A stretch of DNA of 14,578 bases from Methanobacterium sp. (GTDB lineage: Archaea; Methanobacteriota; Methanobacteria; Methanobacteriales; Methanobacteriaceae), in NCBI GenBank assembly GCA_003166335.1, contig PMWA01000020.1, positions 1-14,578 on the forward strand, read 5' to 3'. The stretch's first letter is position 1. Every line of letters begins with the position of its first letter. The translations under genes were made by a program, and so were the position numbers. A model generated the notes under the pieces. That model did no database searches and was not told where the DNA came from. It worked only from the letters and a program-made list of their open reading frames with translations. Of this stretch, positions 1-9,306 are shown piece after piece.

Positions 1-444
1 GTAGAAGATGGTAAAGTAGTAGCTGGTGGAGGAGCAGCTGAAATAGCTATAGCTAGAGGATTAAAAGAATACGCTGACACTATAAGTGGAAGAGAACAGT
101 TAGCTGTAGCTGCATTCGCCGAAGCTTTAGAAGTAGTCCCTAAAACCTTAGCAGAAAACGCTGGACTGGACAGTATTGACTCACTAGTTGATTTAAGAGC
201 AGCTCATGAAAAATCTTTATACATGGGACTTGACGTCTTTAAAGGCGGTGTAAGGGACATGTACAAAGGTGGAGTAATTGAACCTCGCCGAGTGAAAAAA
301 CAGGCTATCCAATCAGCAGCTGAAGCAGCTGAAATGATTCTAAGAATCGATGATGTTATAGCATCCAGCAGCTCTGGGAGACCAGGACCTGAAGATATGG
401 AAGGTATGGGCGGAATGCCCGGTGGAATGCCACCTATGATGTAA
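1..444 (+). CDS. ths: Group II chaperonin (thermosome) subunit, C-terminal part; 5' end lies outside the window
   Basis: Frame 1 is open from base 1: [14 protein letters not shown]...[28 protein letters not shown]...GVIEP...[15 protein letters not shown], ending in the Gly/Met tail [13 protein letters not shown]. The ORF-track start at 223 is an internal Met. Alpha versus beta subunit not determined. Confidence 0.97.
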   Translation, partial: VEDGKVVAGGGAAEIAIARGLKEYADTISGREQLAVAAFAEALEVVPKTLAENAGLDSIDSLVDLRAAHEKSLYMGLDVFKGGVRDMYKGGVIEPRRVKKQAIQSAAEAAEMILRIDDVIASSSSGRPGPEDMEGMGGMPGGMPPMM

Positions 445-479
445 GGTTAAATTAACCTTACCTTCTAAATTTTTTTTTT
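441..479 (+). terminator. Hairpin plus oligo-T terminator of the thermosome gene
   Basis: Perfect inverted repeat GTAAGGTTAA (441-450) / TTAACCTTAC (452-461) overlapping the TAA stop, followed by T10 at 470-479. Confidence 0.75.
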
Positions 480-662
480 AAATAAATTTTTTTTCAATAG
501 AGATTAGATTCTTTTTATTATTATTTACTTTTTTTTTTATGTTTCATTTATAAAAATAATTTAACTAGTTAATTTTAATTTGATAATAAGTTTTAAATGA
601 TTGCATTTAATTATAATAATTGCAGAGTTTTACATATAATTGATTTTAGGTGGTATTATTCT

Positions 663-1019
663 ATGTTATCCATATTTAAGTGTGATGTAAAAAAATATGA
701 TGAGATAGAACCTAATGAAGCATTTATTATAATTGAAAAAAAAGCTAATAAATCTAATTTTATAATTCTCGATGTTCGCACTCTTAATGAATACAAAGAA
801 GAGCATTTAGAGAGTGCTCAGCTATTAAATGTTAAATCCACCTATTTCATAGATGAATTGGATAGAATGGATAAAAACAAGAAATACTTTGTATATTGCA
901 GAAGAGGAAAAAGAGGTAGAATTGCTGTTAATTTAATGAAGAAACAGGGTTATATAGATGTTCATAACATTACTGGTGGAATTAATAAATGGAAATCCAA
1001 AAAACTACCAGTTAAGTGA
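663..1019 (+). CDS. Single-domain rhodanese (sulfurtransferase, GlpE/PspE-like)
   Basis: Motifs ILDVRT..EY...HL, active-site loop YCRRGKR and NITGGINKW. Start moved from 597 to ATG 663 because AGGTGGT (RBS-like, 648-654) precedes it. Confidence 0.9.
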   Translation: MLSIFKCDVKKYDEIEPNEAFIIIEKKANKSNFIILDVRTLNEYKEEHLESAQLLNVKSTYFIDELDRMDKNKKYFVYCRRGKRGRIAVNLMKKQGYIDVHNITGGINKWKSKKLPVK

Positions 1020-1177
1020 ATAAAAAAAAAATATTTTTTAATTTTATTTAATAAAAATTTCTTTTCATCCCTCGTGAATATTTTTCTTTTCATCCATTAG
1101 GATGATCAAAAAAAGTAATAAAAATTTTGGGTTTATTAAAAATTCACCATAAAAAATTAATATCAATTTCTTTTTTT

Positions 1178-2392
<1,215 letters not shown>

Positions 2393-2408
2393 TTATTGTA
2401 AATTTTAT

Positions 2409-3464
2409 TTAATATTGGGTTAAGCCCGCCATTCGTAATTTACCTTTATATTTAGCGTAAATTGAATAATCAACGTATTCTTTATTTTGAATCATATCTT
2501 GTACTTTAGGAGCTAAATCTCTTCTTTCATCTATTTCATCGTTAATGGTTATGCTGAAAGCGTCACTTCCCGCACCTGATCCGTAAGAAACAGCCATCAC
2601 ACGTTCACCGGGTTTAGCAATATCAAGTATTGCGGCTAGTCCAAGTGGAGTTGCTCCTGAATAAGTATTTCCTATAACTGGGGTTAATAGTCCTGTTTCA
2701 TATTGTTTTTGGTTGAATCCTAATTTTTTAGCAGCTCTTATGTAAAATTTACCATTAGGCTGATGGAATACTACATGATCATAATCAGAAGCTTCAGTAC
2801 CCATTTTCTGGAATAACTCTTTAGCAGCAGTTAGTACATGTTTAAAGAAGGCTGGTTCACCTGTGAATCTTCCACCGTGTTTAGGGTAAGGTTTTCCTTC
2901 ACGTCTATAGAAATCCGGAGTGTCGGATGTGTAACTGCAGGTTCCTTCAAAATCTGCTATTGTATTATTTTTTCCTATAATATAAGCAGCTCCACCTGCT
3001 GATGCAGTGTATTCTAAAGCATCACTAGGTGCACCTTGAGCTGTATCTGCACCGACAGCTAATCCATATTCTATTAAATCTGAGTCAACAAGTCCCATAC
3101 ACATTTGTATTCCCGCGGTACCTGCTTTACATGCGAATTCAAGGTCAGCAGCAGTTAAATTAGGTGTAGCTTCCACAGCCTCTGCTACTATTGTTGCGGT
3201 TGGTTTTACTGCGTATGGATGTGATTCTGAGCCCACGTATACGGCTTGAATTTTTTGAGGGTCTATTAAGGCTCTTTTAAGAGCACTTCTTGATGCTTCA
3301 ACTGATATTGTTGCTGTATCTTCATCAGGAGCTGGTACACTTTTTTCTTGTACAATTAATCCTCTTGAGATAGCAGTTGGATCATCACCCCATACTTTAG
3401 CGATTTCTTCAACTTTTATTCTATATGATGGTATATGAACTCCATATCCTACAATTCCTGACAT
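2409..3464 (-). CDS. Hydroxymethylglutaryl-CoA synthase (archaeal type)
   Basis: GIVGYG start; DEDTAT; catalytic Glu80 ([11 protein letters not shown]), Cys112 ([10 protein letters not shown]) and His (FHQPNGKF); [16 protein letters not shown]. Confidence 0.96.
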   Translation of the reverse strand: MSGIVGYGVHIPSYRIKVEEIAKVWGDDPTAISRGLIVQEKSVPAPDEDTATISVEASRSALKRALIDPQKIQAVYVGSESHPYAVKPTATIVAEAVEATPNLTAADLEFACKAGTAGIQMCMGLVDSDLIEYGLAVGADTAQGAPSDALEYTASAGGAAYIIGKNNTIADFEGTCSYTSDTPDFYRREGKPYPKHGGRFTGEPAFFKHVLTAAKELFQKMGTEASDYDHVVFHQPNGKFYIRAAKKLGFNQKQYETGLLTPVIGNTYSGATPLGLAAILDIAKPGERVMAVSYGSGAGSDAFSITINDEIDERRDLAPKVQDMIQNKEYVDYSIYAKYKGKLRMAGLTQY

Positions 3465-3759
3465 TTTAATATCACTTATCCAAAATTTTTTTGTTAAATT
3501 TAAGGTTTCTAATTTTTATAATATTGTTTATTTTTTCAGAATATAAAAAAAAGGTAATATTCTAGGTAATAAGTCTTTAAAGAGATTTACACTTTGAATA
3601 TTAATTTTATATTCAAAATAAATTAGTGTTTACATTTATTTGTTTAATTCGACTTTATAAAACTATGGTGTAAAAAAATAAATTAGTTAATTAAATTTGA
3701 AATTTCATTTTTTAATATAGATGCTTTTATTCAATCTGTTTCATAATATTATAATAATT

Positions 3760-4368
3760 ATGATTAGTGATGAAAAGAAAATTTTAAGAAAGAAAATTTG
3801 GAGCTTTTTCCCACAATCCAGTTATGGGAGAATTCCTATTTTTAATGATGCTGTAAAAGCTGCTGATATGCTTAGAAGATCAGTGGAGTGGCTTAATTCG
3901 AGGTATATATTTGTTAGTCCTGATTCAGTTCAATTAAAGATTCGTGAATATGTATTCTTGGATGAGAAGACTTTGATAATGGCAACTCCTAAATTAAAGA
4001 ATGGATATTTATTAATTAATCCGGATAATGTTAAGGGTCAAGAAAAATTTGCTGCTACTCTAGGAGGAGCTTTTAAATTTGGTAAATCCATTAAAAAGTT
4101 ATCCCAGGTGGATCTAATGCTGGAAGGTTCGGTAGCTGTTGATTTGGGAGGTGGACGGTTAGGTAAAGGTGGGGGATTTGGAGATCAGGAAATATCTCAT
4201 CTTCTAAATTATAAATCTATTTCAACCAGTACGCCTATAGTTACTCTGATAGATGAAAAACAGATTGTTAAGAATGTTCCCCGAGAAGCTTATGATATGA
4301 ATATTAACATGATTGTAACTCCTAAAAGGATAATAAGAATAAATTCAAGGGGTTTAAGTAAAATCTAA
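3760..4368 (+). CDS. 5-formyltetrahydrofolate cyclo-ligase family protein, probably the COG0212/MTHFSD-like paralog
   Basis: K..LR..IW, GRIP.F, PDS.Q, MATPKL..G, GSVAVD..G.RLGKGGGFGD.E and IVTP. Start ATG 3760 preferred over 3721 because the extra 13 codons look like AT-rich promoter DNA; the start is uncertain. Confidence 0.85.
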   Translation: MISDEKKILRKKIWSFFPQSSYGRIPIFNDAVKAADMLRRSVEWLNSRYIFVSPDSVQLKIREYVFLDEKTLIMATPKLKNGYLLINPDNVKGQEKFAATLGGAFKFGKSIKKLSQVDLMLEGSVAVDLGGGRLGKGGGFGDQEISHLLNYKSISTSTPIVTLIDEKQIVKNVPREAYDMNINMIVTPKRIIRINSRGLSKI

Positions 4369-4722
4369 TAATTTATTTATATCTAATTTATCCACATCAT
4401 CCGGGTTTTTCATATCATACTTATGATATAAATCTTCAAAATCCTGGTTATTTAATATATCATTTAGAGAAATCTTATCCTCTATTTCCATATCTTTTGT
4501 TTTAAGTTCTTCTAACTCTATTATACATGTTTCTAGAAATTCTTCGGAATCTTTCATTTCTAAAAGTTTATTAATTAACTTATTATTCATTTTAAAAGAT
4601 TTTTTAATATCTAAACCTTCGAAGAAGAATTTTTCATACATTCTCTCCTGATTTATATATTTATAAATTAAGATGAGTTTTTCCTGCAATTCCTGTATTT
4701 CATTCTTGCTTAAATCCACCAT
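4354..4722 (-). CDS. Hypothetical acidic, Lys/Glu/Leu-rich helical protein (122 aa)
   Basis: Long ORF for AT-rich DNA, with AAGGAG RBS upstream of the ATG. Overlaps the convergent gene by 15 bp. No motif recognised. Confidence 0.75.
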   Translation of the reverse strand: MVDLSKNEIQELQEKLILIYKYINQERMYEKFFFEGLDIKKSFKMNNKLINKLLEMKDSEEFLETCIIELEELKTKDMEIEDKISLNDILNNQDFEDLYHKYDMKNPDDVDKLDINKLLDFT

Positions 4723-4903
4723 ATAACTCGCTCCTTCTATTAAAAGATTTTAATGAATAATACTATTAAAAGCTTATAAAATATTCTTGATAAAATAAAT
4801 TTTATTTGAGGTAAAAGTAATATTAAATAAAGCAGTGAAATTAGTTTAAAAATATAATAATGCTTATTTTTTTAAAAAAAATATGTAAATGTTAATTATT
4901 ATG

Positions 4904-5311
4904 TTATTTTAAATTATCTAATCTCTCTTTAAACTCTTTTCTATGTCTCTTCTCTTCAGCTAGAATATGTTCTAAGACACCAACCACTTCTTCATCGTCA
5001 ATGATCTTCATTTGATAAGTGTATCGTTCTATTCCAGTTGATTCTAAATCTATTTGTCGTTGGAGCATGCCTTTTTTGTCTTCACCACCAAAGTCAAGTT
5101 CCTCATGTTTCATGGTTGGTTTTCCGCCTCTTTTAGTAATCAAATCAGCTAACCACCACATATGTCTCATTTCATCAACTGCTATGGATTCTGTTACTCT
5201 GCTGGGATCGCATTCTTTCATGATGAATGAATTCTGCGTGTAAATCATGGATGCCATCAATTCTCTTCTGAAATCCTCATTTAATAAATCAATTATATCA
5301 TTTTTTTCCAT
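4904..5311 (-). CDS. Ferritin-like four-helix di-iron protein, short bacterioferritin-like (135 aa)
   Basis: Full ferroxidase ligand set E17, E47xxH50, E90 and E120xxH123, plus Y24 and the I..RGGKP loop. Confidence 0.9.
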   Translation of the reverse strand: MEKNDIIDLLNEDFRRELMASMIYTQNSFIMKECDPSRVTESIAVDEMRHMWWLADLITKRGGKPTMKHEELDFGGEDKKGMLQRQIDLESTGIERYTYQMKIIDDEEVVGVLEHILAEEKRHRKEFKERLDNLK

Positions 5312-5339
5312 AAAGTATCATCTACTATTATTTTTTTTT

Positions 5340-5753
5340 TTAATCCATTAAAGATTGAAGTGTATCTTTTTTCCGGTAAGCTAACCCTTGGAATACAGCG
5401 ACTAAATCACCTTCATCATCAACAATATCAACAGTGTAAGTAGCAAGTTTAGGATTACTTGATAACTCACGGGCTTCAGCTGTAATCCTACCAGTTTTAA
5501 CGGCTTTCATAAAAGTAATATTAACATTTATAGCTACCGTAACTCTACCATGACTGTTAGCAGCCACTGCAAAGGCAAAATCAGCTAATGTAAATAAAAC
5601 ACCACCATGAACGGTTTTAACACCATTAAGATGAATTTCACTGATAAACATTTCAGTTTTAGCATAACCAGGTGAAACATCCACAATTTTTATACCAGCA
5701 TACTTAGCGAATTCATCTCGCTTGAAAAATTCTCTTAATTCATCCATTTTCAT
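5340..5753 (-). CDS. paaI: PaaI-family hotdog-fold acyl/aryl-CoA thioesterase
   Basis: D.FA...GI......PG.A, HLNG...VHGGVLFTLAD.AFA.A.NS, and C-terminal LVAVFQG.AYR. Confidence 0.88.
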   Translation of the reverse strand: MKMDELREFFKRDEFAKYAGIKIVDVSPGYAKTEMFISEIHLNGVKTVHGGVLFTLADFAFAVAANSHGRVTVAINVNITFMKAVKTGRITAEARELSSNPKLATYTVDIVDDEGDLVAVFQGLAYRKKDTLQSLMD

Positions 5754-5801
5754 AAGAACTAACCAATTTTATCTTGAATTATATAAAATATTAAAGGATT
5801 G

Positions 5802-6290
5802 TTAAAATCTACAACTCTTTTTACCCCTCTTCGCTAAGTATTTCTGATGATAATCCTCAGCAGGATAAAATTTAGGAGCTGGAATTATTTGGGTCACTAT
5901 CTCTCTATCATATTCACCAGATTTTTGTAATTTCTCCTTAGATGATAACGCCAGCTTTTCCTGGTTCTCGTTATAATAAAAGATTACAGAACGATATTGG
6001 TCACCTATATCCGGGCCTTGCCTGTTTAAGGTGGTAGGATCATGTGTTTGCCAGAATACATTTAATAAATCATCATAAGATATAACCTGGGGGTCAAAAA
6101 TTACTTCTACAGTCTCAGCATGACCTGTGGTTCCACTGCAAACATCTGTATAGGTTGGATTTTCAGTTATTCCACCCATATAACCTACGGTAGTTGATAT
6201 TACTCCATTTAGACTTCTAAAGGCTTCTTCTACACCCCAGAAACATCCTGCTGCAAAACTTGCCTTTTCATATTCATTTTCATCGTTCAT
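5802..6290 (-). CDS. msrA: Peptide-methionine (S)-S-oxide reductase MsrA
   Basis: [44 protein letters not shown] and a C-terminal Cys. ATG 6290 preferred over TTG 6296 because GAGGA lies at normal RBS spacing. Confidence 0.97.
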   Translation of the reverse strand: MNDENEYEKASFAAGCFWGVEEAFRSLNGVISTTVGYMGGITENPTYTDVCSGTTGHAETVEVIFDPQVISYDDLLNVFWQTHDPTTLNRQGPDIGDQYRSVIFYYNENQEKLALSSKEKLQKSGEYDREIVTQIIPAPKFYPAEDYHQKYLAKRGKKSCRF

Positions 6291-6399
6291 AAACAATTCC
6301 TCATCATCCTTTACATGATTATTTATGGTTTTCTAAATGTAAATAATTTTCCCGAAATAATATTAAATAAAAAATATCAAATGAAAAGATTAAATACAT

Positions 6400-7836
6400 T
6401 TATTCTTCGGGAATGTTCTTGATTACTTCTTCTTCGCCGGTTCCATGCTCTCCAGTAAGATGACTATGTTTCCTACCATAGAAGAAATATATAAATAAAC
6501 CTATAGCCAGCCAAACCACGAATCGTAGTTGAGTTACCGTTGGTAATTCATATACTAGACCTAAAGCAGATATTATTGCTAGTATGGGAACCCAGGGAAG
6601 ATAAGGTGTTTTAAATGGGCGATTAATATCTGGTCTAGTCTTTCTTAAAACTAATACTGATGCGGATACAATTATAAACGCAGCTAAGGTTCCAATGTTC
6701 ACTAATTCAGCTATATCAGTTATCGGGAGGAAAGCTGCTAAAACAGCGGCAACAACTCCCACGAGCATTATACCATTAATTGGAGTTTGAAATGTTTCAT
6801 GAAGTTTAGTGAAGAAAGGTGGTAGTAAACCGTCCCTTGCCATAGCATAGAATACTCTGCTCTGTCCAAAGAAACCCACCAATATTACACTAGTGAGACC
6901 CGCTAATGCCCCCACCGAAACCACAATATCTGCCCAGTGAATGCCGACACTGTTCAAAGCGTAAGCCACTGGAGCGGCGATTCCTAATGAGTAATACGGA
7001 ACCATACCATTTAGAACAAGAGTAACTATAATGTAGAGTATGCTGGCGACTACTAGCGATCCTAAAATAGCGATGGGGAAGGTTCTCTGCGGATTTTTAA
7101 CTTCCTCCGCTGCGGTGGTGATGGCGTCAAAGCCTATATAAGCAAAGAATATTATAGCTGCACCTTTAAATATGCCGATATAACCGTATGGTAGGAAGGG
7201 ATGATAATTAGCCGGATGAATATAATTAACTCCTATAGCTATGAATAATAATACAACGAAGAGTTTAATCATAACAATAAGTGAGTTAAATTGTGAACTA
7301 AGCTTAGTACCGCGAATTAGAAGCAGGCTTATAATGCCTATAATAATAACAGCAGGGAGGTTAACGAATCCTCCAGAAACTCCAGGAGGATTTAAGAGTT
7401 GAGATGGTAAATTAATTCCTAACGTTGATATTATACTAACCATATAACCGGACCAACCTACAGCTAATGCAGTTACAATTAAGGTATACTCTAATATGAG
7501 GTCCCAGCCTATGATCCAAGCGAATAATTCTCCTAATGTAACATAACTATAAGTATAGGCGCTGCCAGCTACAGGTACCATAGTTGCGAATTCAGCGTAA
7601 CAAAGAGCAGTGAATAAACATGCAATACCCGCGAATACGAAGGATAAAACCAGGGCCGGTCCTGCATAATAAGCTGATGCAACCCCTGTAAGTATGAATA
7701 TACCTGCACCTATAATAGCTCCCAAACCCATTAAAAAAACTGCTGGTGTTCCTAAAACTTTTTTAAGACCCTTTTTACTCTCACTAACCTCTAATAAATG
7801 ACTTATAGGCTTTTTCCAGAAGAGTCTCCTAGTCAT
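6400..7836 (-). CDS. APC-superfamily amino acid permease (cationic amino acid transporter / YfnA-like)
   Basis: GAIIGAGIF, AGPAL..SF, LCYAEFA..VP.AGSAYTYSY, W..GWDL.LEY, FFAYIGFD...TAAEE.KNP, NIGTL.AF and RPFK.P..PW.P, with many hydrophobic segments. Start moved from TTG 7875 to ATG 7836 (AGGA RBS upstream). Confidence 0.95.
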   Translation of the reverse strand: MTRRLFWKKPISHLLEVSESKKGLKKVLGTPAVFLMGLGAIIGAGIFILTGVASAYYAGPALVLSFVFAGIACLFTALCYAEFATMVPVAGSAYTYSYVTLGELFAWIIGWDLILEYTLIVTALAVGWSGYMVSIISTLGINLPSQLLNPPGVSGGFVNLPAVIIIGIISLLLIRGTKLSSQFNSLIVMIKLFVVLLFIAIGVNYIHPANYHPFLPYGYIGIFKGAAIIFFAYIGFDAITTAAEEVKNPQRTFPIAILGSLVVASILYIIVTLVLNGMVPYYSLGIAAPVAYALNSVGIHWADIVVSVGALAGLTSVILVGFFGQSRVFYAMARDGLLPPFFTKLHETFQTPINGIMLVGVVAAVLAAFLPITDIAELVNIGTLAAFIIVSASVLVLRKTRPDINRPFKTPYLPWVPILAIISALGLVYELPTVTQLRFVVWLAIGLFIYFFYGRKHSHLTGEHGTGEEEVIKNIPEE

Positions 7837-8071
7837 AATAAAAAGATTCCTAATTTTTTTTGAGACATAAAACAAATAGAAAGGTAATTATTAATTTTAT
7901 CTAAAATCCATTTTACAGCTAATTTTTAAGTGTACGAATTAGACTTTTGATTATATGAAAAAATTTTTCTTGTCATAAAATAATATAATATTATAGTGAT
8001 TTTATCTTGGTAATGAATATTAAATGTTTTTAATTTTGAATTTAAACATGTTATAGGAGGAATATTTTAAG

Positions 8072-9112
8072 ATGAATAAAAAAGAATCTAATAAATCACC
8101 TCAAAAGGATAATCAGTTTCGCACCATCACGCTTGAAGAGCATTACGCGACTCCATTATTCTTTGAAGGTCCTGGACATCAGCTTAAAGCTCAAGCACAA
8201 GCAGCAAAGATGCATCCTCAGCAGACAGGTGGTTTTGTTTTACCAATAGATCAGCTTGCAGATATAGGTGAGGGTAGGATTATGGAGATGGATGAGGCAG
8301 GTATTGATGTGCAGGTACTGTCATTAACTTCTCCCGGTGTAGAGCAACTAAACGCATCCGCGGCAGTGGATCTTGCATTAGATGCAAATGATTATCTCGC
8401 CGACGCTGTTCAACTTCATCCAACTCGTTTTTTAGGATTAGCTACCTTACCAACTGCAGCTCCAGACACTGCAGCGAATGAGTTAGAGCGTATGGTCATT
8501 GAATATGATTTCAAGGGTGGAGTAATTAACGGTCATGTTAAGGGTCGTTACTTGGATGATGAGTTTTTCTGGCCGATTTTTGAGCGTGCAGAAGCGTTAA
8601 ATGTTCCGATTTATCTTCACCCGACACCTCCACCGCAACCTGTAATTAAAGCCTCTTATACTGGAAATTATTCACGGCAGGTGGCTGCTCAGTTCGCTGC
8701 TGCAGGGTGGGGTTGGCACATTGAAACCGCGATACATATCCTACGTATCATCCTGAGCGGAGTATTCGACCGATACCCGAATCTACAGATGATAATCGGC
8801 CACATGGGTGAAGCTCTTCCATTCATGTTGCCCAGGATTGATAATAATTTACCTAAAGAAATGACGAAACTGGAACGTTCTGTAGGTGCTTATCTCCAAG
8901 AGAATATTCATTACACTTTCAGCGGTTTCAACTGGACTCAAACATTCCTTGACTTGTTACTTCAAGTCGGCGCGGACCGGATCATGTTCTCAGCAGATTA
9001 TCCCTACGGCTCGATGTCACAAGCTCTTGCTTTCTTGGATCAACTTCCAGTGAGCAAAGCTGATAAAAAGCGAATTGCACATGTTAATGCGGAGCATCTC
9101 CTACGATTGTAA
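8072..9112 (+). CDS. Amidohydrolase_2 family metalloenzyme, resembling gamma-resorcylate / 2,3-dihydroxybenzoate decarboxylases
   Basis: ITLEEH (ExH metal motif), R...MDEAGIDVQVLS.TSPG, RF.GLA.LP, PIYLHP, G.FDRYP.LQ.IIGHMGE and IMFSADYPY. Strong AGGAGG RBS. Substrate not determinable from sequence. Confidence 0.9.
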   Translation: MNKKESNKSPQKDNQFRTITLEEHYATPLFFEGPGHQLKAQAQAAKMHPQQTGGFVLPIDQLADIGEGRIMEMDEAGIDVQVLSLTSPGVEQLNASAAVDLALDANDYLADAVQLHPTRFLGLATLPTAAPDTAANELERMVIEYDFKGGVINGHVKGRYLDDEFFWPIFERAEALNVPIYLHPTPPPQPVIKASYTGNYSRQVAAQFAAAGWGWHIETAIHILRIILSGVFDRYPNLQMIIGHMGEALPFMLPRIDNNLPKEMTKLERSVGAYLQENIHYTFSGFNWTQTFLDLLLQVGADRIMFSADYPYGSMSQALAFLDQLPVSKADKKRIAHVNAEHLLRL

Positions 9113-9306
9113 ACCTGAGTGGGTTAAAAAATTTTGCAATTAATTTAAAATTCACGAGAAACAAGTGCACCCATATATTGATAACATTCAATTTTCAACG
9201 GGGGTCCTAATTTTTTTTAATTAAATAAAAATTTATTATTGAAAAAATGTATAATCAGAATTAATAATATAAAAAAAATAAAGTTATAGTAAAACGGGGT
9301 AAAACC

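Noticed and set aside
223..444. 73-aa ORF as an independent small protein
   Set aside because: The frame is open back to base 1; it is the C-terminus of the thermosome subunit.
3587..3600. TTACACTTTGAATA resembling a Methanothermobacter mini-ORB origin repeat
   Set aside because: Single imperfect copy, no repeat cluster and no cdc6/orc1 nearby.
4354..4368. 15-bp tail-to-tail overlap of convergent genes
   Set aside because: Short convergent overlaps are common in compact archaeal genomes, with no sign of a special function.
5019..5243. 74-aa plus-strand ORF
   Set aside because: Antisense shadow of the ferritin-like gene; the Ser-rich composition reflects the reverse complement of Glu/Asp codons.
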